Shown here: positions 25,468 to 35,672 of the stretch, in pieces | How positions within the stretch are numbered: the first letter of the stretch is position 1 | Layout: each line of letters begins with the position of its first letter | Assembly (NCBI GenBank): GCA_042569595.1 | Contig: JBHPHI010000002.1 | Location: forward strand, 2,590 to 66,589 | DNA length: 64,000 bases | Origin: Patescibacteria group bacterium | GTDB lineage: Bacteria > Patescibacteriota > Microgenomatia > UBA1400 > 2-01-FULL-45-11 | Direction of reading: 5' to 3' | Notes under the pieces: model-generated | What the model saw: the letters and a program-made list of their open reading frames with translations, nothing else | Databases searched by the model: none | What the model was told of the DNA's origin: nothing | Position numbers and translations under genes: made by a program

Positions 25468-26901
25468 ATGAACAAGACCAGAGTAAGAATCGCACCATCT
25501 CCAACTGGATACCCACACATTGGAACTATATTTCAGGCCCTTATTAATTTTTCTTATGCAAAAAAACACGAAGGAAAATTTATTGTAAGAATTGAGGATA
25601 CTGACAGGAGTAGGTTTGTAGAAGACGCAGAAGAAAAGATATTCGAAGCAATTGAGTGGTTTGATTTAATGCCCGACGAGAGCACAAAACATGGTGGCGA
25701 CTATGGTCCTTATAGACAATCAGAAAGACTTGATACATACAAACAATATGCAAATAAATTAATTGCCGAAGGAAATGCATACTATTGTTTTTGTTCAAAA
25801 GACAGGCTCGATGAAGTACGAAAAAACATGCAAAAAGATGGAAAACCACCAATGTACGACAAACATTGTAGAAATATTTCCAAAGAAGAGTCAAAAAAAA
25901 GATCTGAATCAGAAAATCATGTTATTCGTATGAAAATTCCAAGCGGAAAGAAAATTTCCTTTACGGATGAGATTAGGGGAAAAGTTGAGTTTGATAGTTC
26001 TGTTGTTGACGATCAAGTAATACTCAAGTCAGATGGATATCCAACATATCATCTTGCTGTTGTAGTAGATGATCACCTTATGAATATTAGTCATATTGTT
26101 AGAGGAGAGGAGTGGATTAGCTCCGCTCCAAAACATGTGCTTTTGTACGAATATTTGGGATGGAATGTTCCAAAAATTATTCACACACCAGCTCTTAGAA
26201 ATCCCGATAAAAGCAAACTCTCAAAAAGACATGGGCATGCCTCAGTAAGTTGGTACATAAAAAATGGATATCTAAAGGAAGCAATAATTAACTTTTTAAT
26301 TACGAGAGTTTGGAATCATCCGCAAAACAAAGAAATATTTGACATCGATGAAATAATAAAGCACTTTGATTTCAAAAATATGCACATTCAGGGGCCTATT
26401 GTAGATTTAGACAAGTTAAATTGGATAAACGGGCAATGGATTCGCAACATGAAAGACGAGGAACTTAAAGAGAGGCTGAACCCTTTTATTCCAAAAGATT
26501 TTTCTCACGATAATTTTTTTGAGATACTGCCTCTCATCAAGGATCGTTTAGTTACTTTATCAGAATTTGACTCTCTTACTCATTATTTTTATAAAAACCC
26601 ATCAGTCGACAAAAAACTAATCCTAAAAGAATCAAAGTCAAATGACTTAAAAATTTCTGATTATTTAAATCAATTAATAGAAACAATTTCTGACACACAA
26701 GAGTGGGACGCGAAAAGTCTTGAAAGTAAACTAAGAGATCTTCAGGAAAGAGTGGGATGGAAGCCAAGACCAGCCTTTATGTCTATAAGAATTGCAATTA
26801 CAGGAGAACTCCATACCCCCCCACTTTTTGACACAATGGTTGTTTTGGGGAAAGAAGAAGTAATTAAAAGACTGTCCAATGCAAAAAAAATCTTCGACTA
26901 A
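25468..26901 (+). CDS. gltX: glutamyl-tRNA synthetase
   Basis: The start is taken at MNKTRVRIAPSPTGYPHIGT, which carries the HIGH motif. KLSKRHG is the KMSKS motif. The ORF track start at 25393 is probably too far upstream. Confidence 0.85.
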   Translation: MNKTRVRIAPSPTGYPHIGTIFQALINFSYAKKHEGKFIVRIEDTDRSRFVEDAEEKIFEAIEWFDLMPDESTKHGGDYGPYRQSERLDTYKQYANKLIAEGNAYYCFCSKDRLDEVRKNMQKDGKPPMYDKHCRNISKEESKKRSESENHVIRMKIPSGKKISFTDEIRGKVEFDSSVVDDQVILKSDGYPTYHLAVVVDDHLMNISHIVRGEEWISSAPKHVLLYEYLGWNVPKIIHTPALRNPDKSKLSKRHGHASVSWYIKNGYLKEAIINFLITRVWNHPQNKEIFDIDEIIKHFDFKNMHIQGPIVDLDKLNWINGQWIRNMKDEELKERLNPFIPKDFSHDNFFEILPLIKDRLVTLSEFDSLTHYFYKNPSVDKKLILKESKSNDLKISDYLNQLIETISDTQEWDAKSLESKLRDLQERVGWKPRPAFMSIRIAITGELHTPPLFDTMVVLGKEEVIKRLSNAKKIFD

Positions 26902-27814
26902 GATTGATATTTCCTCAATCAAAAAAAACCTAGAAGAAAACAAAGATAAAGCCAAAAAATCTTTAAACGAAAAACATAAGATAGCCTCAAAATGGTTGAA
27001 AAGCAATAATATCGAGCTAAAAGATATTAGAAAAAAATCAAGAAAACTTTTTGCAGGAGCTTCACTCGCCGCTTCTTTATTACTTTCTCCACCTCCCGAT
27101 TCAGACATACTCACTCCCACAGAGATAAGAGACAAGCTTATTGATCACGGATACGTTGGCTCAAAAGAATTGGAAAACATTTTAGAGAAAAAATTATCAT
27201 CATTAGTTCCAAGTCAATCTGGTCATGCGGATCATGAAGACGAAAAAAAAATAAGCAAAATTATAAAAGAAGAACTAGGAATAAAAGCATACTCACAATA
27301 TGAAGGGCAAAAACTCAATCATTCAATAGGTTGGATGGGGTACGAGCAGCACCTAAAAAGATTTCCAGGAGATACTATCCATCAACACGACGAAAATCAG
27401 CAGGCAGGAATTGCTCCAGGACTTGGAGCTTGGGGATATTTTACATATTCAAAGTCAGAAATGACCAACCAAGACTACTTAAAGGAAAAGTACTATTTTG
27501 CTATTCAAACTCTGTATTTACCAAACTGGAACTCAGATTTATCTCATCTAGTGAAGTGGTACAAACACAGAAAAATGATCGCAATAAACCCTCAAAATGG
27601 GAAAGTTGTTGTGGGAGTAGCTGCAGATGCAGGTCCTGCTAAATTTACAGGCAAACACTTCGGAGGTTCCCCAGAAGTAATGCATCATCTAAATCTTATA
27701 TACGGAAAGAAAAAAGGAAAAGTAATTTTATATTTTGTTGATGACCCAAATGATGAAATTCCACTTGGGCCAGTAAGAAATAATTATCAAGTTGCTCAAA
27801 TAAAAGAAGGATAG
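26879..27814 (+). CDS. hypothetical secreted/membrane-anchored protein
   Basis: 311 aa with one TM helix (LFAGASLAASLLLS) and a C-terminal globular region I do not recognise. It overlaps the gltX 3' end by 23 nt, so the true start may be later. Confidence 0.4.
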   Translation: MQKKSSTKIDISSIKKNLEENKDKAKKSLNEKHKIASKWLKSNNIELKDIRKKSRKLFAGASLAASLLLSPPPDSDILTPTEIRDKLIDHGYVGSKELENILEKKLSSLVPSQSGHADHEDEKKISKIIKEELGIKAYSQYEGQKLNHSIGWMGYEQHLKRFPGDTIHQHDENQQAGIAPGLGAWGYFTYSKSEMTNQDYLKEKYYFAIQTLYLPNWNSDLSHLVKWYKHRKMIAINPQNGKVVVGVAADAGPAKFTGKHFGGSPEVMHHLNLIYGKKKGKVILYFVDDPNDEIPLGPVRNNYQVAQIKEG

Positions 27815-27815
27815 C

Positions 27816-27872
27816 ATGAGTGTTTTTTACGATCTTCTTATTAACATTATTAATTTAAAATCAATAACATGA
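27816..27872 (+). CDS. 18-codon uORF whose first 19 nt duplicate the start of the downstream gene; its stop overlaps the downstream ATG (ATGA)
   Basis: CATGAGTGTTTTTTACGATC at 27815-27834 and CATGAGCGTTTTTTACGATC at 27868-27887. uORF product MSVFYDLLINIINLKSIT. Confidence 0.3.
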   Translation: MSVFYDLLINIINLKSIT

Positions 27873-28183
27873 GCGTTTTTTACGATCATATAATTCACAT
27901 TCACCACGTCCACTCCGAAGTAGAAACGCTTCCAACCACAGACAACCATAAACAAGAACTTATAGAGATAATAGAAGAAACAGTACACCACAAAATAATT
28001 CATAAAATATTAGACCATCTTCACACGGACCATCACGAGCTATTTTTAGAAAGATTTCATACGTACCCAAATGACGAAACAATCTTAGGCTATTTAAAAA
28101 AATATGTACCAGATATAGAACATCACATAAAAGAAGCCGCTGAAGAAGTTAAGTACGAATTGCTAAAATCTATCAGATACTAG
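27869..28183 (+). CDS. His-rich small protein (about 19 His in 104 aa), possible metal-binding protein
   Basis: MSVFYDHIIHIHHVHSEVE...VHHKIIHKILDHLHTDHHELFLERFHTYP...IEHHIKE. Confidence 0.5.
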   Translation: MSVFYDHIIHIHHVHSEVETLPTTDNHKQELIEIIEETVHHKIIHKILDHLHTDHHELFLERFHTYPNDETILGYLKKYVPDIEHHIKEAAEEVKYELLKSIRY

Positions 28184-28286
28184 TAATATCTGGTACAATA
28201 CCCACTGTTCGAGCTTTCAAGAAGTAATTTTCAAGAGGCAGAGGACCTTCGCTCATCGAAGATAGTTTAAGTTCGCAGGTAGTAGG

Positions 28287-28571
28287 ATGAGTACAACTGC
28301 TTTAAGAAAGGACAGCATGGCTGTAAAACTTTTTGTAGGTTCTTTACCCTGGGCAACCAGAGACGAAGACCTTAAACAGCTTTTTTCTCAGCACGGTGCA
28401 GTCGAGTCAGCAAATGTCGTAATGGACAGAGCTACCGGCAGAAGTCGTGGTTTCGGTTTTGTCGAAATGACCTCTGAAGAAGAAGCCCAAAAAGCCATCG
28501 AAGCTCTACATGAATCAGAGCTAGAAGGCAGAACTATCGTAGTCAACAAAGCTCGACCAAAAACCCACTAA
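28287..28571 (+). CDS. RNA-binding protein, single RRM domain
   Basis: RNP-2 (KLFVGSL) and RNP-1 (RGFGFVEM). Length is 94 aa. GC is markedly above the neighbours. Confidence 0.85.
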   Translation: MSTTALRKDSMAVKLFVGSLPWATRDEDLKQLFSQHGAVESANVVMDRATGRSRGFGFVEMTSEEEAQKAIEALHESELEGRTIVVNKARPKTH

Positions 28572-28591
28572 GATTATTGATAACAAAAATT

Positions 28592-28618
28592 AAAGCCCCG
28601 ATTTACTCGGGGCTTTTG
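28592..28618 (+). terminator. rho-independent terminator after the RRM gene
   Basis: AAAGCCCCGatttactCGGGGCTTTT. Confidence 0.7.
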
Positions 28619-28719
28619 TATAAAAAGAGCCAAACATCAAACAATTCAGCTTGTTTTAGTCGAGTAATTCATTTATTCTAAAAGAACTACCCATATATAA
28701 ATTCCTGCCTAACAAATAA

Positions 28720-31700
28720 ATGACACATCCTGAGGAAAAGCCAGGCAAGGATTCTGCTGTGCTAGAAAACAATACTGATCCTTTAGTCGAAATTGCACAA
28801 AAAACACTTAAATCTTTGTCTAGGTCTCCTGAAACTGACCTACAAAAGGCAATGGAGGAATATATCGGAGTTGATGGTAATGGAAACGGAATACCAAAAA
28901 AAATAAAACAAAAAGCAAAAGAGTTAGTAGAGGCGGGAAATCACTTAGACGCCCTAGTTTTAATTGCAAGCAATGTTTCTGTGGGGCCGATACCAAAAAA
29001 ACCAACACAAAACCTTAAAAGAAAGAAAAAAGAAGTAAGACGATCTCTTCCAGAAAAAGACAGATTACATGTAAAAAGCGAAAGCTCAAAGGCCTTAAAG
29101 CTAGGCTCTGCCGCTCATAGGTTGATTGAGGAAATTAGACTATGTAAAGGAGAATTAAGTGAAATATCTGCAAATAATATTAAATTTGAGAATGAAGAAA
29201 GAATTAGTGAATATGAAATTACCCAACAAGATGATGAATCAAACATTCAGGGATCTTTCGTAATATCAGAAGGTGGAGCAGTTACTGCTTTTCAGATGCC
29301 AGGTCATCCAAAAATTTCAACAAGAACAGTAAAGTTGCAATATGAAATGGCAAACCCTAACACTTTTTCTAGCATTGAAGAGTGGGCCCTATCATATTTT
29401 TCTCAGGCGTTTTTAGCATTCGAAGAAACTTTTGGAAGAGTTCCCCATAAACCTTTTGACGTAGAGCAAATTTCAAAAAATAAAAGACTTAAAGAACATC
29501 TTGTTAAATCTCTCCAAGCAGGTCAAATTTTGTTTGGTGATAGGCGTGCGATGAACATATTTGATCCACCTTTGCCAGAAGATAAAGAAGAAAGAAAAGA
29601 GAAGGGTCAACACAGTATTTCCTACGAACACACAACTGAATATCAAATCCTAAACTGGCTAACCATTATGAGGGCTAGTTTTGAGAGCGTAGACAGACCC
29701 CAAACAGACGAAGAGGGGCTAATTACCGAACTACCATTTGGAAACATTGCCCTAACCCACACCCTAAATGAAGGTCAGCTAGAAGAGATAGGATTCACAA
29801 TAAAGGGGGGCACGGCAGACCTGATCAAGATAAATTTAGAAACTTTTACACAAAATCAAACTGAAGCGCTCACAGGCACTCCGTTAGGCAATCATGTAGC
29901 AAAAAAAACTGGAAGGACAAATGTTGCTCTAGCCACAAATCACATAGAGAAGTTATTTGGCGCACAAATGACCAGATATAGGAGGAAAGATGAGACAGGC
30001 CTTCCAAAATTATTTGATGATAAAACTGAATACGAAAAAATGGGAGAAAAGGTTGGAAGAGAGGTTAGAACCAAATTAAATAGAAACTTTAGATCATTGG
30101 CAAAGGAATTGTTCAGATTGTATGGTGACGACTTATTTAATGAGGTTGAATTTAATATTCAAGATTTTAAATTTCCCGCTGGTGATGGAGGGTGGTTTTC
30201 AATATTTGATGAAAAGGGTTTGCCAGTAAATGGGCATGAAGATCAAATAAAAGAGTATATTTTTCTTGCAGTCACTCAATTGTGTTGGGTTCAAAGATGG
30301 AGTCAAGATGAGGGAGAGAACTTTTCATTATCCATAGACGACGTAATTGATTTTTCTTATAAATCCGGGATTTTAAACAGGATGAAAGGAGAGTTGTTAT
30401 ATCAACTACCAGACCAAGAGAGGATTGAACCAGTTGAATTATCAACCCTTCAGGAGTTAAGAGAGGTTGGTTTAAAAGTAATAAGCGAGAGACTGCCAGG
30501 TGTATATAAAGAAAATGAATTAAGAATTGTAAAAGCCTTGCAAATTATTACAGGACACAGAGATGTAGAAGTAAAATTAAGACCTCAAAAAGAATTACCA
30601 GAGAACATAAACCACATATGTTTCGAGCACGACGGGCATCTATTTTTATCAATAGAAGACCTAAAAAAAACATTATTTGATACAGAAAATAGGCCTAATA
30701 TTGAAAACGCAATATATTTTAAAGATGAAAAAACATACGTATTTTGGGTTTCTAGAATCGACCAAGAGAATTTAGAGAATCTATTAAGAGTTGCAATAAA
30801 TGTAAGAGGTGAGTTTGGAATATCAGGACTTCCAGAGGGTGTAGTTAAAGGAAAAATCGCATCCAGCTTGGAACAAAGAGGTGTTAGGGAAAATAGAATA
30901 GGTCTGATAGAGCTGTTCAATAAGTCTTTGTGGAAAAAATTAACAACTTCTACTATGGAATCGTTGGTGAGTTCGGATCAGATAATAAATTCTAGAGGAG
31001 AAAGAAGGAGCACTGTAAAAGATAAGCCAATTTTTGTAGAACAAGATCCTTTAACAGGTAGGTGGATAATTGATCAAAAGGCCTTACAAAGAGCAATAGA
31101 TACAAAAACCAGCACAAAAGATCCTCACGGGTTAACAATATTGGCAGATTTATTAAACAAAGAAAAACCATACAATAAAGTGTTTTGTCCTTTACCGCAT
31201 CACGACAATAGAAATACGGAAGCAGCTCACCTCCACGAAGATCATGTTTATTGTTATGGATGCCAAGAAAATATCTTGTTGCCATGGAGCATGAGAGAAT
31301 TTAATGTTATTCCCATGAAGTCAGGAAATGAGGTTGAGGATTTCAATCCAGTTTCTTCTGGAAGATCTAAAGCATTTGAGAATGCAATCACAATTGCTCA
31401 CAATTTCTCTCTAATCGAAGATGTTTCTAGTAGATTTCTAAGAATGAGAGGGCTAAACCACGAACTTGCAGGCATGCATGGACACTTTCCACCACATTTT
31501 GCTGGTGCTTTAGCAAATTTAGTATCAGAGACCACTGAAGAAAATGATAAGCGAATAAATTTGTTCAACAGAGCAGTAAAAGAATCTAAAAAAATAGACA
31601 GAAAAATTCTAAAAGAACCGCTATCTGTGTTAGTTCAGTCTGGCTATTTATCATCCTCACATCCTCAAATATTTGCACTTCTTCAATCCCTACACCAAGC

Positions 31701-32616
31701 CTTAAGGATTCCACAACAAAATTCCCAACAGGATTCTTTTATTAAGTCCGACTCAACAGTTCCACCTCAAATTGAAGCTATAGACAAAATACTTACGCTA
31801 GAAAACATTCAAAGCATGAGAAATAGGGGGATAATTGGAAGAAACAAAGTAGGAAATGAAAGAATTGGGGGGAGATTAGTTCTTCCTACCTACTGGTTAA
31901 AATACTTAAAATCTGGCTATCAATTTACCATGGCAAATGTTAATGCAAGAGGAATATATTTTGGAGAAGAATCAATGCATCAAGGAGATCCACATTTTAA
32001 AGCTTTTGTTAGGTCTAGCCAGAGAGTGCGAGATGGAAGAAAGATGAGACAAACTCCTCCTGGATTTTGGATGCCAGATCCCAAAAGATTTACTGAGAAT
32101 CTTGGCGACACAATTTTTATTTTTGAGGGACCATTGAATCAATTATCATTCAATCAAATATCTCCTGAGTATAGAGATTCCTGCATAACTGTATCCGGTA
32201 CTGGGTATAGGCAAATAATTGCATTATTGAGATGGTTGGGAGTTTGTGGAGATCATATAAATCCACAACAAACTCTTGGAAAGGGGATAAAAAGAGTAGT
32301 TTTAGCCAGTGACTGGGACAAGGGTGGAGCAGAAGCATTCAAAAGAAATAGGTCTCACATAATGTCTGCTTTTCATGAGGTTGATGTTTTACCTATAAAT
32401 TATTTTTTACCGGAAGACATTAGGACTATTCTACCTTTCCCAATTATTACAAATTTTTCTCCAAAAACACAACAAAATGCCCAAGGAAGTTATTTTGGTT
32501 TCAAGCTAGATCTAAACGATGTTATTAGGAAGCCAGAAGGAAGAGGGTGGGCCCATCAATCATCAGACTTTATTCCCATAAACACACCAATCAATCAGCC
32601 TAGAATGAAAATTTAG
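28720..32616 (+). CDS. 1298-aa protein with a C-terminal DnaG-type primase core (CHC2 zinc finger, RNA-polymerase domain, Toprim) and an uncharacterised N-terminal extension of about 790 aa
   Basis: CHC2 zinc finger (FCPLPHHDNRNTEAAHLHEDHVYCYGCQEN) at about aa 825. DnaG-like motifs: FLRMRGLNHELAGMHGHFP, GRLVLPTYWLKYLKSGYQF and YFGEESMHQGDPHFKAF. Toprim glutamate (IFIFEGPLNQL) and DxD (VVLASDWDKGGAEAFKR). There is no DnaB-binding C-terminal domain. The N-terminal 790 aa have no motif I recognise. Start codon is uncertain because there is no clear SD. Confidence 0.6.
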   Translation: MTHPEEKPGKDSAVLENNTDPLVEIAQKTLKSLSRSPETDLQKAMEEYIGVDGNGNGIPKKIKQKAKELVEAGNHLDALVLIASNVSVGPIPKKPTQNLKRKKKEVRRSLPEKDRLHVKSESSKALKLGSAAHRLIEEIRLCKGELSEISANNIKFENEERISEYEITQQDDESNIQGSFVISEGGAVTAFQMPGHPKISTRTVKLQYEMANPNTFSSIEEWALSYFSQAFLAFEETFGRVPHKPFDVEQISKNKRLKEHLVKSLQAGQILFGDRRAMNIFDPPLPEDKEERKEKGQHSISYEHTTEYQILNWLTIMRASFESVDRPQTDEEGLITELPFGNIALTHTLNEGQLEEIGFTIKGGTADLIKINLETFTQNQTEALTGTPLGNHVAKKTGRTNVALATNHIEKLFGAQMTRYRRKDETGLPKLFDDKTEYEKMGEKVGREVRTKLNRNFRSLAKELFRLYGDDLFNEVEFNIQDFKFPAGDGGWFSIFDEKGLPVNGHEDQIKEYIFLAVTQLCWVQRWSQDEGENFSLSIDDVIDFSYKSGILNRMKGELLYQLPDQERIEPVELSTLQELREVGLKVISERLPGVYKENELRIVKALQIITGHRDVEVKLRPQKELPENINHICFEHDGHLFLSIEDLKKTLFDTENRPNIENAIYFKDEKTYVFWVSRIDQENLENLLRVAINVRGEFGISGLPEGVVKGKIASSLEQRGVRENRIGLIELFNKSLWKKLTTSTMESLVSSDQIINSRGERRSTVKDKPIFVEQDPLTGRWIIDQKALQRAIDTKTSTKDPHGLTILADLLNKEKPYNKVFCPLPHHDNRNTEAAHLHEDHVYCYGCQENILLPWSMREFNVIPMKSGNEVEDFNPVSSGRSKAFENAITIAHNFSLIEDVSSRFLRMRGLNHELAGMHGHFPPHFAGALANLVSETTEENDKRINLFNRAVKESKKIDRKILKEPLSVLVQSGYLSSSHPQIFALLQSLHQALRIPQQNSQQDSFIKSDSTVPPQIEAIDKILTLENIQSMRNRGIIGRNKVGNERIGGRLVLPTYWLKYLKSGYQFTMANVNARGIYFGEESMHQGDPHFKAFVRSSQRVRDGRKMRQTPPGFWMPDPKRFTENLGDTIFIFEGPLNQLSFNQISPEYRDSCITVSGTGYRQIIALLRWLGVCGDHINPQQTLGKGIKRVVLASDWDKGGAEAFKRNRSHIMSAFHEVDVLPINYFLPEDIRTILPFPIITNFSPKTQQNAQGSYFGFKLDLNDVIRKPEGRGWAHQSSDFIPINTPINQPRMKI

Positions 32617-32660
32617 AATCAAAGTTTCTCTTTCATACTTATCAAGGTACAATATCTCTC

Positions 32661-33725
32661 ATGAATCTATCTTGTGGAATAGTTGGTCTACCAAATGCTG
32701 GTAAAAGCACACTTTTCAATGCTCTCATCCAAAAACAACAAGCTCTATCAGCTAATTATCCATTTGCCACCATCGAACCAAACGTAGGCATTGTTCCAGT
32801 CAACGACCCACGCTTAGAAATACTTGCGAAAATTGTTGATACAAAAAACATTATTCCTTCAACAATTAAATTTGTTGATATTGCTGGCCTAGTTAAAGGG
32901 GCTCATGAGGGAGAAGGTTTGGGAAATAAATTTCTAAGCCACATTCGAGAAGTAGATTTAATTGTTCATGTTTTAAGAAATTTTGACGATGGAGATGTTG
33001 TTCAAACTGGAAGCGGAAACGCATTAGAAGATTTCAACACAATAAAAACAGAACTGATACTTGCTGATTTGCAAACATTAGAAAAACAAAGCGAACCAAA
33101 AGGAAACTCAACACCCGAAGAAAAACACTTTTGGAAAGTGGTAATAAAGGCAAAAAAAGGATTATCAGATGGAAGCTCTATAAACGAAATGGAGTGGAGC
33201 GAAGATGAAAAAGAATTATTAAGTCCTCTATTTCTACTTTCAGGAAAACCAACTATCTTTATTCTTAATGTTGGAGAAAACCAAATTAGAGAGTCAAAAA
33301 ATATTGAAAAAAAATTTTCCAAACAACCCTGCATTTCAATTTGCGCCAAGATCGAGTCAGAGTTAGTAGAATTTACCAAAAAAGAAAGACAAGAGTACTT
33401 AAAGGAAAACGGCTTAGAGCAAACAGGTCTAGATAGATTAGTGACAACAGCTTTTTTTAGATTAAACTTAATAAGTTTTCTCACAGCAGGAGAAAAAGAA
33501 GTAAGAAGTTGGACAATAGAGAACAATACTCTAGCACCTCAAGCTGCTGGAGTAATTCATTCAGACTTTGAAACAAATTTTATAAAAGCACAAGTTTGTT
33601 CTTACGAAAACTTCACTAAAGTAGGTGGATGGCAAAAAGCAAAGGAAAATGGACTTACTAGAATGGAAGGAAGAGACTATAAAGTAAGATCAGACGATAT
33701 CATAGAGTTTATGATAGGCAAATAA
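32661..33725 (+). CDS. ychF: ribosome-binding ATPase YchF (Obg-like GTPase family)
   Basis: GIVGLPNAGKSTLFNAL P-loop and a C-terminal TGS domain. Length is 354 aa. Confidence 0.85.
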   Translation: MNLSCGIVGLPNAGKSTLFNALIQKQQALSANYPFATIEPNVGIVPVNDPRLEILAKIVDTKNIIPSTIKFVDIAGLVKGAHEGEGLGNKFLSHIREVDLIVHVLRNFDDGDVVQTGSGNALEDFNTIKTELILADLQTLEKQSEPKGNSTPEEKHFWKVVIKAKKGLSDGSSINEMEWSEDEKELLSPLFLLSGKPTIFILNVGENQIRESKNIEKKFSKQPCISICAKIESELVEFTKKERQEYLKENGLEQTGLDRLVTTAFFRLNLISFLTAGEKEVRSWTIENNTLAPQAAGVIHSDFETNFIKAQVCSYENFTKVGGWQKAKENGLTRMEGRDYKVRSDDIIEFMIGK

Positions 33726-34928
33726 TTAACCTCGTATTTTACTTGCGGCACGGGAAAACACAGAACCACTTCTTGGAAGAAACTGCAAAACTAATCCAAA
33801 AATAAACAAAGTAATAATGCCAGATGATATAAATGGAATGTTCTTCCCGTAGACATCAAAGAGGAAGCCAGCCATTACAGGACCAACAATTCTACCAACA
33901 CTTCCAGATGATTGCAGCATTCCCAACACTTCTCCATATTCTTCTTTTTCAACATTTTCGCTAGCAATGGCTTGCAAGCTTGGATTAGAAAGTCCATTTC
34001 CTATGGAGAGGAAAAACACAGATATATAAATCATCCAGGGCCATATTACATATGGTAAAAACAGCAAACCAATAGACAAAAACAACAAGCCTCCAGCTAA
34101 CATTTTTCTCTCACCAATTAATCTTACTAATCTAGGTAGTAAGATTAATTGAGTAACAACAGACATAATTCCTATAAATGCAAATATAGTTCCATTTTCA
34201 GAGGGCCCGTAACTGAAGGTTCTTTCTGTCCAAAGGGCAAAATTTGACTGCATTCCGGCAAAAGCAAGGTTTTGTAGTAAGAAAACAACCATCAAGAATC
34301 CAATCGGCTGCTTTTTAAAAGATTCTAAAAATTTAGAAATAGTCAACTTTGTTTTATTTGTTTTTATAGATTTTTTTGTGTTTATAGTTTCTTTCAACAT
34401 AAAAGAGGTGGCTATAATTGAGACAAACGATACTCCTGCGGCAACAAATGCTGGCGTAGAAAAGCTAATTCTTGAAAGTACTCCTCCAAGAGCAGGTCCA
34501 AGAATAAATCCCAACCCAAAAGCTGCTCCCAAAATTCCCATTCCTTTTGCTCTATTTTTTTTATCAGTAATGTCAGCAATATATGCTTGCGCAACAGAGA
34601 TGTTTCCACCTGTGGCCCCATCTATAATTCTCGATATGAAGAGTAGAGGAAGGCTTCTTGCAAAGCCTAAAAGTAAAAATCCAAACATTGTTCCTAATTG
34701 AGACAGTACTAAAACTTTCTTGCGACCATACCTATCAGAAAGTCTTCCAAGAATTGGTGAAGCTATTAATTGAAACAATGAGTAAGAAGCTGTAAGCAAT
34801 CCAACATGAAAGGGAGTAGCATGATATTTTTCTGCTATAAAAGGGAGTAGAGGCAAGATAATACCAAAACCAAATAGATCAATAAAAACAATTAAAAATA
34901 TAGTTGCCAGAGAACGATTGTCTTTCAT
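33726..34928 (-). CDS. MFS transporter
   Basis: 12-TM pattern. GRLSDRYGRKKVL is the MFS motif A between TM2 and TM3. Confidence 0.75.
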   Translation of the reverse strand: MKDNRSLATIFLIVFIDLFGFGIILPLLPFIAEKYHATPFHVGLLTASYSLFQLIASPILGRLSDRYGRKKVLVLSQLGTMFGFLLLGFARSLPLLFISRIIDGATGGNISVAQAYIADITDKKNRAKGMGILGAAFGLGFILGPALGGVLSRISFSTPAFVAAGVSFVSIIATSFMLKETINTKKSIKTNKTKLTISKFLESFKKQPIGFLMVVFLLQNLAFAGMQSNFALWTERTFSYGPSENGTIFAFIGIMSVVTQLILLPRLVRLIGERKMLAGGLLFLSIGLLFLPYVIWPWMIYISVFFLSIGNGLSNPSLQAIASENVEKEEYGEVLGMLQSSGSVGRIVGPVMAGFLFDVYGKNIPFISSGIITLFIFGLVLQFLPRSGSVFSRAASKIRG

Positions 34929-35584
34929 TAAGACTTATTGAAAAGTTTCTTAAAGAATAGTTTTATTCTAAAACCCAAACTAAATCCTTTTGGCTTGTCG
35001 CCTTTCAATAGATGAAGAACCCCAGGGATTACAGAAATTATTATGATTCCAAAAGCAATTGGTAGCATGTATTTTTCTGCATCTGGAATACTGTTTCCTA
35101 AAAAGTATCCAAAAAGAGTCATAGACATCACCCAAAACACTCCACCCACAACGTTGTAAAACATGAATTTTTTATATTCCATTGACGCAACTCCAGCCAC
35201 AATTGGAACAAAAGTCCTAACAATAGGAACAAACCTTGCCAAAAACAGGGCCTTCCCCCCATGTTTTTCATAAAATTCTTCAGCCTCAAGTAAGTATTTT
35301 TTCTTGAAGAAAAAGTTGTCCTCTCGTTTCATTAGCCATCGACCAAATTTTCCTCCAGTCCAATATCCTGCACCCATACCGCCAATTGCAGCTGCAATAA
35401 GAAGTCCAATAAGTGTCCAAATATTAAACCAATCCTGAGAGGCTAAGAGTCCTGCCGTAAAAAGCAAACTGTCTCCAGGAAAGAAGAATCCAAAAAACAA
35501 GCCATTTTCTGCAAATACTATAAAAACCAAGCCATAATAGCCCCAAGTTTTTATTAACTCAACAAGATCAAAGTGAGGTAACAT
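34928..35584 (-). CDS. dedA: DedA/VTT-family membrane protein
   Basis: LVFIVFAENGLFFGFFFPGDSLLFTAGLLA is the DedA signature. Confidence 0.75.
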   Translation of the reverse strand: MLPHFDLVELIKTWGYYGLVFIVFAENGLFFGFFFPGDSLLFTAGLLASQDWFNIWTLIGLLIAAAIGGMGAGYWTGGKFGRWLMKREDNFFFKKKYLLEAEEFYEKHGGKALFLARFVPIVRTFVPIVAGVASMEYKKFMFYNVVGGVFWVMSMTLFGYFLGNSIPDAEKYMLPIAFGIIIISVIPGVLHLLKGDKPKGFSLGFRIKLFFKKLFNKS

Positions 35585-35672
35585 AATTTATTCCTTTCAA
35601 TTTTCAACTCATTAATGATAATCTCCAAGCGCGATCTTTGCAATCTTGAGAAGATGTATTAATATTTAAGGT

